Shown here: one piece after another, positions 1 through 13,416 of the stretch | Numbering within the stretch: the stretch's first letter is position 1 | How the letters are laid out: every line of letters starts with the position of its first letter | NCBI GenBank assembly: GCA_010093815.1 | Contig: ML996565.1 | Length of the DNA stretch: 64,000 bases | Strand: one strand, 5' to 3' | Source of the DNA: Pseudovirgaria hyperparasitica | Taxonomy: Eukaryota | Made by a program: the position numbers and the translations under genes | Notes under the pieces: model-generated | What the model was told of the DNA's origin: nothing | Databases searched by the model: none | The model's input: only the letters and a program-made list of their open reading frames with translations

Positions 1-665
1 GCTTCTGCAAGACACCGCATGATACACCAACCGCTCTGTAACAGACAACTCATTTGACTACCATATCCAGCTTAGACTACCGCAAAGAAGCTTTCAGAGA
101 ATACTCGCAGAAGCCCTAAGTATCTGTTCTCCTGTCACCTCCTGACTCGTAAGGCAATATTAGCACCTCATCTGTTCTGTCGGATGAACAACTTGGGCGA
201 TGGGCATTCATTGACAGACGAGCGCCACACTTAAGCTACCGCCCCCAATTCTCTAGAGGACTATGCGCAAGGTGATTGCATTCATCCGTATTCTGTTACT
301 GTCTAAAGCCCAGACCTCATGCGCCGGTACTTCACTACCCTGGAGGCCTCGCCTCGTGTGATATATCTCCGTTGACATACATAGAGCATAGATTTCGAAA
401 GAATCAGTCCAACACAGCGGGCGATTAATAAATTTTATGCTCCGCTCTAGACTTAAACAGATGTTTCGCTTTCTAGAGACCAACGAAATCGGAGCTGCAA
501 ATGGTTTGGAACAGGTCCCTAAGGACAGATTTGAGACTAGCCGCGTTAGGATTAGACTCGAATAAGATCCAGATCGGGGTTAAGCCGGCATCAACAACAT
601 GGAATTCGCGAAATGTGTCCGACCTCTGCCATCCACGGAGTGCTGCATCCGTCACCCACGATCCG

Positions 666-2468
666 ATGGACGAACTCTATCCATCCATATCTCAATGCGC
701 CGTGGTCGCCACGGTCCTCAAAGTATTGCTCTTTCCTGCGTAGTAAGCCACCAATTAAATGACCGCTATCAGGGTTCTGAAATCACACATAGCAAATCTA
801 CTGACTTTGAGGTGCATCGAAATTGGCTTGCTCTCACCAACTCACTACCACTGAAAGAATGGTACTTCGAGGTATGATGACCAATGAGTCTTCTTAGATC
901 TGCTTGACTTGCTTATGCCGTGTAGCAAACGTCTGAATGGACTCTTGACTACCCTCCTTTCTTTGCGTACTTTGAATGGGTGTTGTCTCAACCAGCTCGA
1001 TTTATAGAACCGGGTCTCTTGAATATCAAAGCTCTAGGCTTCGATTCATGGAAAACGGTATACTACCAACGAGCAACGGTACTAGCCTCTGAACTGGTCC
1101 TCGTTTTGGCCCTGTACATGTGCGCATACGCACTCACACGTTTGGCATAAGCTAATTCAAGGCTCAGATTCGTTCAGACCTCTCCTTCAAAAAAATTAGC
1201 GCATGTGTCCGCTTTGTCGATACTGCTCTCGCCCGGTCTCCTCATCATCGATCACATCCATTTTCAATACAATGGATTTCTCTATGGTCTACTCATTCTC
1301 TCCGTGACACTCGCTAGGAACAGGTCGACCCTGCTTCTCAGTGGCATCATCTTTGCCGCACTGCTCTGTCTGAAGCACATCTATTTGTATCTTGCTCCAG
1401 CTTATTTCGTCTACCTGCTTCGAGCCTACTGCTTGAGCCCCGACAACATACTTCGTCCACGGATTACCAATTGTCTCAAGTTAGGTATTAGCATTGGTGT
1501 CATATTTGTGGCATCCTTCGGACCATTTGCATATTTCAATCAGATTCCGCAAGTGCTGAGCCGACTTTTCCCGTTCTCTAGGGGCTTGTGTCATGCATAC
1601 TGGGCGCCGAACATTTGGGCTATGTACTCATTTACTGACAGGGTTCTTATATACTGTAAGTCTGTCCTGATATTTCCAAGTCTAGTGGATTGACTCTCTG
1701 TAGTGGCTCCTTACATAGGCTTGAATGTTGACGCAGCCGCGCTGAGTAGTGTTACTCGAGGAAGAGTTGGTGATACTTCTTTCGCTGTTCTACCAGATGT
1801 CACTCCTGGCACAACATTCATTATTACCCTGACTTTCCAGATTGTGAGCTTATCTCGGCTGCCCGTCACTCACCAGTTCTTAACTCGCTTTAGATTTGTC
1901 TCATCAAGCTGTTCCTCAAACCTTCCTGGGAAGGTTTTGTCGGAGCGGTGACACTCTGCGGTTATGCCTCATTTCTATTCGGGTGGCATGTTCACGAGAA
2001 AGCCATATTGCTTGTCATCATTCCCTTTAGCTTGCTTGCACTCAAAGACAGAAGATACTTAGGCGCCTTCAGGCCGCTAGCAGTCGCCGGCCACGTCTCG
2101 CTTTTCCCGCTCCTCTTCACGGCAGGCGAATTTCCGATAAAGATTATCTATACGATCTTCTGGTTGATCTTGTTTTTACTTGCATTTGACCGACTGGCAC
2201 CAGCGTACGTATCTGAGTTTGCTCTGCAGCCGAACACAATCACTAACACTTTTTTAGATCATCTCGTCAACGAATATTCCTCCTCGACAGATTTTCACTG
2301 CTCTATATTGCCGTTTCGATCCCGCTTATCGCTTACTGCTCTCTATTGCACCGGATCATCTTTGGGCCCAGGCTTGAGTTTCTACCTCTTATGTTCATTA
2401 GCTCATATTCCGCGATTGGTGTGGTTGGAAGCTGGGTCGGATTTTCCGTCGTATATTTTTCTCAATAG
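666..2468 (+). CDS. ALG8: Dolichyl-PP-Glc1Man9GlcNAc2 alpha-1,3-glucosyltransferase (multi-exon)
   Basis: Spliced product starts [41 protein letters not shown] and contains [42 protein letters not shown] and [11 protein letters not shown], which are ALG6/ALG8 family motifs. Canonical introns start at 743. Stop TAG at 2466-2468. Confidence 0.95.
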
Positions 2469-3745
2469 ATCTCTAAGAACCTCTCCGTAGTAAGCGAACA
2501 CCCGCTATGGTAAATTCGGCTAGATCTAGCAGGCTTATGATGCGCAGACTCTACATAGTCTCCTTGAGGAGCGGAGGTCGTCTAAGGCATATATCTTTTC
2601 AAATACAAGCTAAGAAATCCCTTTAAAGCATCTTGGACATTCTCTGGGCCGATGAAAATATGATAATGAGCATTTCGGGAGTCTTACGACTCACACCGTC
2701 CTGACCGCAGCCTATTTATAGTGATTATCGTGCCAAGAAGCGACCGGATTCTCCCCTTTAGAAATCAAGACCTCTACGGTGACAGTTGAACACATTAAAT
2801 GACTGCGTTGTGGACTTTCATAGAAAGCTTGCCAAGTTCAACTCATAAAGTTGTGCTACAGGAATCGGTTGAGGCCTTGTCAAAAGTGCTTTATGTGGTT
2901 CCATATTTGAGCTGATAGAAACAAGCGCTACGGTGACTATATTTGATCAGTTTACTCTGATATAAGGCCCTCGAAATAGAACAAGACCTCTTTCTGGGCT
3001 TCTCCGGCGTACAAAGATCCTCCCATTCCTTAGGAGTATTCTATGTCTTCCGACACAGGCATGACATGGAAGGCAGACTGAAAAGGGGGGCTGATACCGC
3101 TGGCTGCACAGAGTATGATAACAATATGTTGATAGATCTACATAATCCTCGTAGTTTGACGAGCAGAACAAGTCCAAATACGATGCTTGTCGTGATGAGA
3201 AGCGCATCACAATCGTTAGGCTAGCTTTTAACATTTCTTTGAAGTTGCAGGGACCAGCCCCTAGTTGACTACCACGGAATATTGTCGGAATTGCGTAGGG
3301 CTGCAGCGCGTTTACTACTTTGACTTCTCTGCCGAATTACTATTCTAACGGCTTTCTTCTCGCGACCTGTTTTTCTTAATCCTGGCTTTGTTCTTCCACG
3401 CCCGCCTCATTGTCGTTTACGCCATCAAGACGCGAATCATACCTGGAAGTCAACCCCGCGACGCGTCAAGCATCTCGAAAACGATTCCAGAGATATTCAC
3501 GAGATAAGAACTGCGCCCCTCCATAATTCGAACACGGTCGAATAAGTTGATCGCACATCACTGTGACCTGTGTATATAAGTCTGAAGATCTATAACATAT
3601 AACAAAGGCGACAGTGTTCCGCATAGGGATAAGCCTATATCTGTTGTCGAGGAAGAGGAGTCGGGGTTGGAGACGCGAACCAAGGGATTGAGCAAGACTC
3701 CCTGTGAAGTCGACGTGTTTGATGGGTACGACCTGTTGAACAATA

Positions 3746-6700
3746 ATGGTAATATAGATTATGATATCAGAGTGTACGCGCTAACGCGCGCCAGGTATTG
3801 CACAAGAAACAGATTGTGCCGTCACAAGGTCTAAAAGACGCAGAAATCAGTCGCCTTTCACCAAATACAGAGGTATGAGAAAACAACGAGCGTACGCATA
3901 CAAAGACTGACATATATTAGCTGTGGGCACTAGAGATATTACCAGGAATCGAAGAATATTTCATAGATTATGAGAGCTACCTTAGGGTGTACGTCATAAA
4001 CTGGGATTTCCACACTTATAGCTGACAGCTTAGCAGAAAGTCATACTACGACAAGGTACGCCCTTTACGCAATATAAGACATTCATTACGCACGAACCTG
4101 ACAAGCATTAGAAAGAGTTCACTTGCTCCATAACTGGCCGCTCAGGACTAACATTCAAAGCTGCGAAAGCCAGCGAGGTACGATTAATCTGAAATCATGA
4201 TGTAGGTACATGCAGACTGATTGTATGCTAGGAACAAGGCGTGTTGGCCGTTGAGATGAATTTCCCCGATCGCCTGCGAGAGCCTCTGCTTCGACGCGTT
4301 CAGCACGACACAACTGCAAGGTTTGACACTCTTGGTGAGCACTTCTTAACCTTTCCACATCGCAGTCAAAGCTGACAATAACTAGTGCAGAAGATTTATG
4401 ACGTACGCACAGTACAAGTATCGATCATGGGACATTTGCTGACACCGTCTAGGAGTTTAAATACGATTTTTACCCGGGCGAAGATGTCTTTCTCCAAGGC
4501 GGAGACTCGAAGCTGCCAGCTATTGTACAAGAGAAAGTGCACATCAACGCTACCAAGAAGGCTAAGTATACGTTGAAGGTGCCAGCTTTCGGCGAGCCAT
4601 TCACACATGTAGACAATGTGACGGCAATTAGTCGTTCTCGAGACTCTTTCAACAAAGAGCTGCTTAGAAGCTTTTTACGTGCCACAATAACGCGGGAAAG
4701 CTGGCATGGTGCACCCTGGACAATTCGACCAGAATATTGTATTCAGTACAGCATCGACCAAAGTTTACCTCTACATCTTCAGAGAGAGGCCATCGGTGCG
4801 AAACGGAAGGCCGAGAAAATGTACACACACAACAACGGTCAGGACCTTCATGCCTTTTTTCACCCGGATCGCGAGGTACATCATATAAGGAATGTCCCCA
4901 ACATGCGAGATCCACGCATGCCACCCGAACCAATGGTGATCATACCTAGACCAGGCCACCAGCAGCATCTTGGTTACCAGCAGCAGCAACCTTATATGAA
5001 CGGGGACCGACCCGCTTTCATGCCTGCTCAGCAAGACCAGCAATTCACTAATGGGATGCCTACTCATTTTGCACACAGCTTTCCGCATCCTCAACATCAC
5101 CACCATCACCATCATCACCACCATCATGTCCCACCTACGCTGCACTCGCAACACCATAATCCCCAATCTCAGCCATCACAATCGCATCCCTTCATAGTAA
5201 ATGGGAAAGCACCAATACCTCAATTGCACATCACAAACGGGCATAGGAAGTCAGGGGACGGGGCCATGTTTGGCACCTCACTACCTATTGGTCAAAGTCG
5301 TCCGACGATGCACCGACCTATGCCTCCCATACCTGTTCCCGTTATCGAAAAAATAAAGTATCCTATCGAAGACTTGGATCTCCATCCCCGAGCAAATTTG
5401 CCGGAAAGGCCACCTCTCAAGAAAATCTCCCAAGACTATCCCGATATTTCGGAGGATCGAGTTGGTGATATGCTTTACATATGGACGACCTTAAACATGC
5501 AGAAGGAGCTCTTTGTTGTGGACAACTTTTCGCTGGACGACATGATTGAAGCACTCTCCTTGACTTCTCTAGACGTTTACTGTGAACTCCTCATTGAGCT
5601 CCACTGTGCAGTGCTTAAAGTGCTGGTTAACTCCAAAGGAAACTTCGAGATTGAATCAAGTTGGGGCTTCGACTTGGAGGACGAGGAGGAAACATCCAAT
5701 TCATCCCGAATATCAACAAAATCACCATCCCCGGCACCAGAGCCACCACCTCCAGCGAAATCTACTCGCAGCAGCTTAGCGAAAGCGGGGATTGTTCTCA
5801 AGGAACTTGAGAAACGCAGCCCTTCGCCGGCCCCCATTGTCCATCGGGCAGATGAGCTCTTCGCTGAATACGACTGGTTGGAACATTTGAAAGAACGTGA
5901 CTTTGCGGATGGGGGCTGGCAGATGATGTTGACTGGTTTCATCTACAAAGTGTGGCAAAACGATAGTCCACAGAATCGCTTCGAGGACCAGTGCGAGCAG
6001 ATATTGGCACATCTCGTTCCTGCAGACCTTGAGCCGTCAATCACGACTGTTGTTGATCAATTTGCCTCAATGGAGATTAACCTTCGCATCGCTACTCTGC
6101 ATATTGCAGTATACTTCGCAGCACAGACTGTGGCGTTCAGACAGACTCTTGACACATACGGACCGAAGATCGAATATATGCGGCAAGAGAAGGTTCTTCT
6201 GAACCGAGAGAAACTTCGCCTGTAAGTCAAATTTACTATACGTTTCAACCCATGCTGATGTAGAGGACAGCGCTACTGAACTTCGAGAACTGGCGAGTCA
6301 ATACGCGATTGAGCGACCAAATCATCTCGAAGAGTCGCCTCAGCCCGAGCCAGCTAATACAGCTGATGTCAGCATGGCTGGTACAGAAGAGAATGATGCG
6401 ATCGAAGAGGACGACGAAAAGCCTAGGAAAACTTTGCGCAATGCAAAGCAGCGCAAAGACGCTCGGAAGCGAAAGCTTGAACAAGAGGTCGCAGAGAAGG
6501 AGGCTAAGAAAAAGAAGAAAGCTGCAAAGAAGAAATCGGACTGGGAGATTCTTTGTGAGAAGAAAGAGAAGACGGAAGAACAACTGAAATTAGTGGAAGC
6601 CCAGGTCGAGGACAAGTTGAAACTGATGGTCCAGACAGACGGCGTCAGGGTCAACACGCTGGGCAGAGATCGGTGGTGCAACACCTACCACTGGTACGAG

Positions 6701-7366
6701 AACACTCGCATATTGCCAGACGGAGGGCCGAATTCAATAACTGGCTATTCTCAGGGTCGTCTATGGGTTCAGGGGCCTCCAAAGGAGTTTTACGACAGCA
6801 TTGCCAATCCGCCCGAGCAGTTTGCCAAGGAAGACAAGGAGAAGTATGGCATGTCAGCTCTTGAGCGGAAGCAGAAGGACGAAGGAAGCACCAGCCTTAC
6901 CTCATGTGAAGAATGGGGCTACTACGACGAGCCTGAAGTCATCCACAAGTTACTATCTCGCCTTGATGATCGAGGTATCCGGGAGAAACAGCTTATTAGC
7001 AACCTCGAGCTAGAGCGCACCAATATCGCTCGCGCCATGGAGCGCATGAGAGAGTTCCGCGCAGAGCTTGATAAGACGTATCAAGAGGCGGCGGAAGAAG
7101 GACCACGGTCTAGACCGTCGAGGAAGAAAGCTGTCGTGGATCCCGATGCCCACAAACATTGCCTGGAATGGCAGAACAAGGCGGCACAGGAGCAGCTCGG
7201 GCATACACATTTCCAACAACCACTGTCGAAGAAGAAACGAGCCACTAAGCCTTCGGCGAAGAAGACGAAAGCTGCCGCAGTTGTAGCGAAGGCTCCATCG
7301 CCTTCACCTGAGCCAGTGCCTACCCGGAGAGGAAAGCGGGTAACCCGGCAAGCCTCAAAATACTGA
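3746..7366 (+). CDS. ITC1: ISW2 chromatin-remodelling complex subunit Itc1/Acf1-like (WAC, DDT and WHIM/WSD regions)
   Basis: ATG-only first exon, then MVLHKKQIV...EYFIDYESYLRVKSYYDK|KEFTCSITGRSGLTF (WAC domain). Also IKYPIEDLDL, a DDT-like LYIWTTLN...VDNFSLDDMIEAL, and LGRDRWCNTYHWYE...GRLWVQGP...WGYYD..LDDRGIREKQL. Intron 6222-6270 joins ORFs 4537-6225 and 6374-7366. Confidence 0.9.
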
Positions 7367-8257
7367 CAAGTGTCGTGCTCTGCCTCGGTCGAAGAGCTGC
7401 TTACATGTTGATAATACCGTCTAACAGGGCTTTTCATGTACAGAAGCACCGAGCGAGGCATTTCCGAGTTGAATACACCGCTGCTATGTCTGTACGGTCC
7501 GATGCTGAGTACAGTTCTCTCACGTCTGGATCCCCTTATATGTGTTTTTTTGTTTTGTTTTGTTTTGGTTTTCATCAACCATTTGAAACTCCCCTTGAGA
7601 CCTACTACGACGACGCTATGTAAGCTGAAGGGAGTAAAAACTGCATAGTCCGGGGCGCAATTGTGAAGGGAGAGGGGCACGGTCAACGAGTTTGAGCATA
7701 TCACGGAGCGTGTCATGCATGGAGTTCAGCGTATTGAGTAGACTCCCGGGTCTCCTGGATGGTGATGGAGGTGGTGATCAATGGTGTATATAGCTAGGTA
7801 TAAGGAAACTAGACAACCACGTACTGGGTGGTGGAGAGATATTATGAGTTGATGTCTTGACCTGATGTTTCGGCCTGATATCTCGGCCTGATGACCCCGG
7901 CGGGGGTGGGTAAAGTGTAAAGTAAGGCTGCAGGGGGCGAGCGGGTGATTAGGACTAGCGCGGCTGTTCCCCAAAAGAAAGCCAGGCTCCCCAACTGCTT
8001 CACCTCCGCCCGCTCGTCACCCCAATCATCCATCATCCCGCAGCTGCTTCACGTTGCAGCCTGCCTTTTACTGTACTGAACATCAAAACATTTATTCTTC
8101 CAACTCCCGTCACACCCACCAGATCCCTTGATTTACTGGGTACTCACTCCTTCGTGGCGTCCACTCCACGCACCACCCTCGCTGCACCTCTCAGGATAGA
8201 AAATTAATTCCAGCAGCACCCTGCACGTCAAAGGAGCCAAGTTGAGTTCCACTTACC

Positions 8258-9748
8258 ATGTCGCCAAACGGTGCCCGCAAAGCCGCTTCCTCTATTTACG
8301 ACCAATCCCGCTTTCCTGGTCATTCCACCGTAACCAGACCGTCGTTCATCTCCAACGAACAGTACGAGAAGTTCTTCACCGAGAGAGAGAGAACGGTGCC
8401 TTGCACGTTCATCCCAAAGAAACAGTATCTGAAGCAGAGTAACCCTGGAAATTGGCGAGAGAATGATGTCACTGGTAGCTCTATCTGAGGACCTGGGTGT
8501 ATCGTTGACCTGACGCGTTGTGTAGATGTCAACCCGGAAAAGGACGCCTCTGCGCCGGAATCTCCGCTCATCAACCAACTCGACGACAAGACGCTTGCAG
8601 CCTTCCCGACGGGCCGACCTATGGAAGACAAGGCAGATCTCGTGCAGTGTAAGCATTGCAAAAGGCCAGTTTCACGCATTGCCTCAGCGGCCCACATCAA
8701 AGAGTGTCTCACGAAGAAGACGGAGAAGCTCCGAAAGAAGAAGGAAGCAAAGGAGGCTAAGGATGCTGCAGCACGAAAGGAAAAAGATGAAAAAGACGAC
8801 GACGAGGGTTCGCAGTCAAAAGGAGCTCGTAAGAGTGCTGTGAAAGGAGCAAATACTGACAGTGCAAAAAAGGGCAAGAAGAGGAAAGCGGACGGGGATG
8901 GCGACAAGCAGCCGAATGCGAAGAAGAAGAAGAAGGACGAGCCGAAGCCGAAGGCAGGAAAGCCTAAAGGTCCCGTCGACGTGGAGAGACAGTGTGGTGT
9001 CGCCCTCCCGAACGGAGGCCAGTGTGCCCGAAGCTTGACTTGTAAAAGTCATTCGATGGGCTTGAAGCGAGCTGTCCCTGGTCGAAGCTTGCCATATGAT
9101 GTTCTTCTACAGCAGTACCAAAAGAAAAACCAAGCTAAGCAACAACGTAAGCCAACTGCTACGTCGTCGTTATCAACCTCAGTCAGCTAACCATGTCCAG
9201 GTGCGGCCATTGAAGCAAATGCTCCTCTTGTCGACGATCTCGACGCCGAAGGCGGACCTATCGACTCGGATGAGGAAAAGGAGGCAATCATGGCGGCCAT
9301 CGCTCGGTCGAACCCTCAGCCCATGGCTACTCGAGTTCCTATTGCGCTGAACCGTAAGTACGGCTATATCCGGATGAAAGACATGTTCCGCACCTCCTTT
9401 ACGCCTGCACGTATGGGACGCGTCGACAATAATAATAACAATAATAATAATACGAACAACAATAACACAAACAACGCAAACATGGGCAGCAACACTGGAC
9501 CGACGCCTATTGACACCACAGTCGCGTCGAACAACCATGGAGGCGGCATGCTGAACAGTGCGGCGCTGACATCAGCGGGCCTCGACAGCAACTTTGGCAA
9601 CTTTAGTCCGATCATGAACGGGGGCGACGTGCATGAGCGTCGGCGGGTTCCAGACGGTCAATTCCATGGTGGACCGAGATCGATCATGCCCGGACAGCTG
9701 CCCGGACCTGCAAGTCGGAAGCCGAGCCTTACTGCTGGCGGTGCTTGA
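8258..9748 (+). CDS. SGF73: SAGA deubiquitination-module subunit Sgf73 / ataxin-7 homolog
   Basis: Zn finger QCKHCKR...HIKEC and SCA7 domain [47 protein letters not shown]. Two introns (about 8475-8525 and about 9147-9200) join three ORFs. Confidence 0.93.
9428..9482 (+). repeat. AAT/AAC trinucleotide run encoding poly-Asn in SGF73
   Basis: aataataataacaataataataatacgaacaacaataac... translates to NNNNNNNNTNNNNTNN. Confidence 0.85.
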
Positions 9749-10371
9749 CGCTGTCATTATAGTTCTGTCTTGCTGTTTTTTTTATTATTGTGTAGCCATA
9801 GTTCCCCGGCTCCATTATCATCACCCTGTCTCGTGTAACCAGCACTACGACAGTCACATATGGCGTTTTGAATTTCCAAAGTTTAGTTTGACTAGATTTG
9901 CATGGCTCGATATGAGAGCAGGAAGCATGGGTAGGCGTTGTGGATATTGACATGTGCATCAACCGGTGTTCTCAACGGTTCTTTTAGGGGAGGGGGATAT
10001 GGCTGCGGAGTGCTGGTTCTAAGCGGCCGTCACGTGGCTGACTTACACGCAGCTGATTGCATCTATACATGGATGAGTGATTGCTGAGGAGGCATGCATG
10101 GATGTGTATGAGAAGACATGGTCTGATAGGCCTGACATGGCATGGCGTGGCAACAATAGTCATTAACAATCACATGACGATTATAAGCACAATCATACAT
10201 ATACACAAGACAGTCAAGATGACAATCAAGATGAAAGTCCAAATCGTAAATTCGTAAATATTCCACCGGGTATCGTTCCACATACACACAACTATATCAT
10301 CTCGTCTGTCTCCGTCCTTCATACCGAGCACATATATACCATACATATAATGTAGATGTATAGCATCCATC

Positions 10372-11124
10372 TCAAACTTCAAGCAGGTAGCTCTCCTTCT
10401 CCGTCTTCTCATCTTGATCCTTGTCCGTCTTCTTCTGCTTTTTCTTCGCCTCCGCCTCCTCCTCCTCCACTACCACCACCATCAACCCATCACCCGCCTG
10501 CAACCGCTGCTCCTGCTCACAGGCAACAGCAAACGCACGCACCCGCCACGCACACACCCACTGCAATGCCGTCCACCCAACCAACAGCACAACGCCAACC
10601 CCAGCCAGCGCCCACATGACGACGCGACACTGCTGCTGGCCCGCACCACCCGCAATACTACTGATCCCAGCACCATCAACAGCAGCACCATCAACAGCAA
10701 CAACACCATGACACAGCGAGCGGGGCAGCCCGGCAAACAAGCCAAGCAGCAAGAAGCGCGGGACGGTGCAGAGCAGGGCGTCGAGCAGGAGGTGGTTTGC
10801 GAAGATGAGCAGGAGGGAGGGCGTGGGGCGGTAGGTGCCGTAGATGGCGAGGAGGGAGATGAGCAGGGAGGTGAGGAGGTAGAGGGTGAGGTTTGTGGTT
10901 AGGGAGGAGGATGTGGAGGGGGGGAGTTGGGAGAGGGCGAGGAGAGAGAGGGTGTGTGTGGCGGCGAGGAAGGTGGAGAGGGTGAGGGTGAGGTTGCTGG
11001 GGGTGTTGGATTAGTTTGGGTTTTTTGTTATATGGATGGTATTTTGGGAGGAAAGGGTTAGGTGTTGGAGATGCATGAGGTATTAAACGTACCGGTTTGC
11101 GCGGGTTTGTAGATGGGTGTGCAT
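10372..11124 (-). CDS. Uncharacterised ~218-aa four-TM membrane protein with charged C-terminal tail
   Basis: Exon 1 is 11124-11093 (ATG...AACCG). Intron 11092-10997 reads GTACGT...CTAAT...CAG. Exon 2 is 10996-10372. The total of 657 nt is in frame with no internal stop and gives four hydrophobic segments. Confidence 0.75.
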
Positions 11125-12711
11125 TTTGATGTGGGTGTTGGTGGTGGTTGTTGGTTTGGAGTAGATGTATGATGGTGATGATGAAGATGGGACGCTAAGT
11201 CAATTGGCGGCGAGGATGTTGATGCTGGGAGATGTTTGTTGATCGCAGATTGTCGAAATCGCAGGAATGTATGTATGTATTGACGCAACCGAGGAGGATG
11301 CGATGACCAGCACCGCAAACAAGGAGCTCGTATAGGTGTTTGAGACAGTGGTGGTGGTTAAGGAGTAAGAGGATGGCGCAGAGAAAGGTAGTCTGGGGAA
11401 GAGAAAGTGATTGTTTCCCTTAGCCGAGCAGGGCGCCTTTTGACTGTAATATGGAACAATCGATGAACGGATGTAAACGTCAGCGGTGAGGGCTAAAAGG
11501 CGCGTGCACAGACAACGACTGAATAATCGATAGAGCGGGATGTCGATCCGAATCAAGAACAATGAAGCCAGTCCGTGCGGTGGGCGGTTATGACGACAGT
11601 GGTGAGGATGAAGCTGTGGTGCAGGAGGTGTAAGAAGACGGTGATGGAGAGACGACGAAGACGACGACAATAGATACGGAAGCCCGAGTGCGTAATCCAG
11701 TCGAGAGTAAGTGTCGACAATGATGGAGATTAGGCACGCGAGCTCACGATGGTTAAGTATATAGCTCGTGTTGGCGTATAGGTAGCTATGTATTAGTCGA
11801 GTCGGCGGTGAGTGCTGGCTTGTTCCTAGTGCTGACAGCCAATGAGGTTGCCGGGTACGAGACTTGTGAAGGGCGAGTGAGTGTATGCGGTATAGATGAG
11901 GGGGCTTCGTCCGTCCCGGGCGCGCAGCAAGAGGAGGATGACAAAACAACAGTCAGGGTGTTGAGGGAAACGTGGATGACAGCGGGTGGGTCGGGCAAGA
12001 GAACCGTGGACAGTGACAGCAGCAGCAGGCAGCAAATATAAAAACGATATAGATAGTATGGGGATGATGGGACAGTGTACCGGACGTGTGCGGAAAGGTA
12101 GTAAAGAGAGCTTCTGCAGACCTATTATAGTGTATAGGCTACAGTGTATATAGGCTACAGGCTACTCTCTAAACTGCTACAACCTGTCATAGTGGAGTTG
12201 TGTCGCCATCTCGCTGTGCTCCAGGCCAATCACCGACACTTCCCTTGATACAAGCCCAAAGAAAGAAACAAAGAAGTAAATACTGAAACAACAAGCAACA
12301 AGAATAGCAAAGCGAGTACTATTAAGCGCGCGGCCAGGAAATGTTGATGAAGTTGTTGTTGTTGTTGTTGATGAAGTCCAGCCAGTCTTCACTCTCCGCG
12401 GCGAATCATAAGCGCTGGCTCTTTCCGAGTTAGCGGGTCCTGCTCGGTCTTGGCGGTGGATCCTTCTTTGCTGTCGACGCGTGATTGGCTGCTTCTTTGG
12501 CATTAGCACGTGACTATCACGCACGATCGATTCCGCCAGCATCCGGACGAATCCCCCGCTCTTGCCCCTCTCGCTTACCCGCTCTTGCCTCTTTCACCCG
12601 TTCTTGCCCTCTCTTGCCTTGCCCTGACGCTGGTGGCTCCTGCACTTTTAAGTTCTTGTGTTGTTGGTCGTTGTTGTTATTGTGCTGCTGATTAATCAAT
12701 GTACATTCACT

Positions 12712-12750
12712 TACTCACTCACTCACTCACTCACTCACTCACTCATTCAC
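12712..12750 (+). repeat. (CACT)n tetranucleotide microsatellite
   Basis: actcactcactcactcactcactcactcactc run in the divergent intergenic region. Confidence 0.85.
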
Positions 12751-13416
12751 TCCGCAGTATCATCTGTCTCTGTCTCATTTCACTCACTTGTCAAGCATAT
12801 TCTACATGTTAGTCAGCCATCTCTGTCCTCAGGCTGTTAGTCATCTTGCTCTACTGCTTAGGTCCACTACCCCAGTCAGGTCGTCTCCCCACATCACAAC
12901 CCCAGACTCGTGGTCGCAGGACATACATGATGAACATGTACCACATCCACATGCACCCCGTGTCTGACTTACGCCCTCTCAGACACTCCATCATCTTCTA
13001 AATGCACACGACGCCCTGCTGCAAATCAACATGTTGCCCATCAAGCATCTGCCCTGTCTATGGCTGTTACGCCGCCCGCGTGCCCGTTGCTCGTCCTTGG
13101 TTTCTGTCTGCCGTCGCATTCGCTTACCATGCCAGAGAGGGATAGAGGGCGACGTCTCGTCATGTTTCTGCCACAACAACTCACTTGCCTTGCTTGTTGC
13201 AACCTATATCCAGCTGCGTGTTGACGTCTTCTCATCACAAGAGCCAACTCTATGCCTGCTAACTTGTACATATTCTTCGCTATTTAGTCGTCTGTGTTCC
13301 CCTGCTTCAGACTAATAATTACCCCTCATCTCATTCTTCCCCGATCGTCCATATATCTATTATATATACACATCCATATATATATATATGCCAAGGTAGC
13401 ACCACATACATCCATC

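Noticed and set aside
1..655. Short ORFs upstream of ALG8 (253-483, 473-655, 599-877)
   Set aside because: No recognisable motifs and no consistent splice model. The ends of the plus-strand ORFs are simply ALG8 exons.
2947..3234. 95-aa minus-strand ORF between ALG8 and ITC1
   Set aside because: No family resemblance; probably a chance ORF.
11200..11949. 249-aa minus-strand ORF
   Set aside because: Non-ATG start and low-complexity composition. It is better explained as the pyrimidine-rich leader or promoter of the 4-TM gene.
12699..12812. Possible signal-peptide exon for GH64 (MYIHLL...SIICLCLISLTCQAYS)
   Set aside because: It runs through the CACT microsatellite. The acceptor at 13310 is out of phase, and the in-phase one at 13399 has no nearby branch point.
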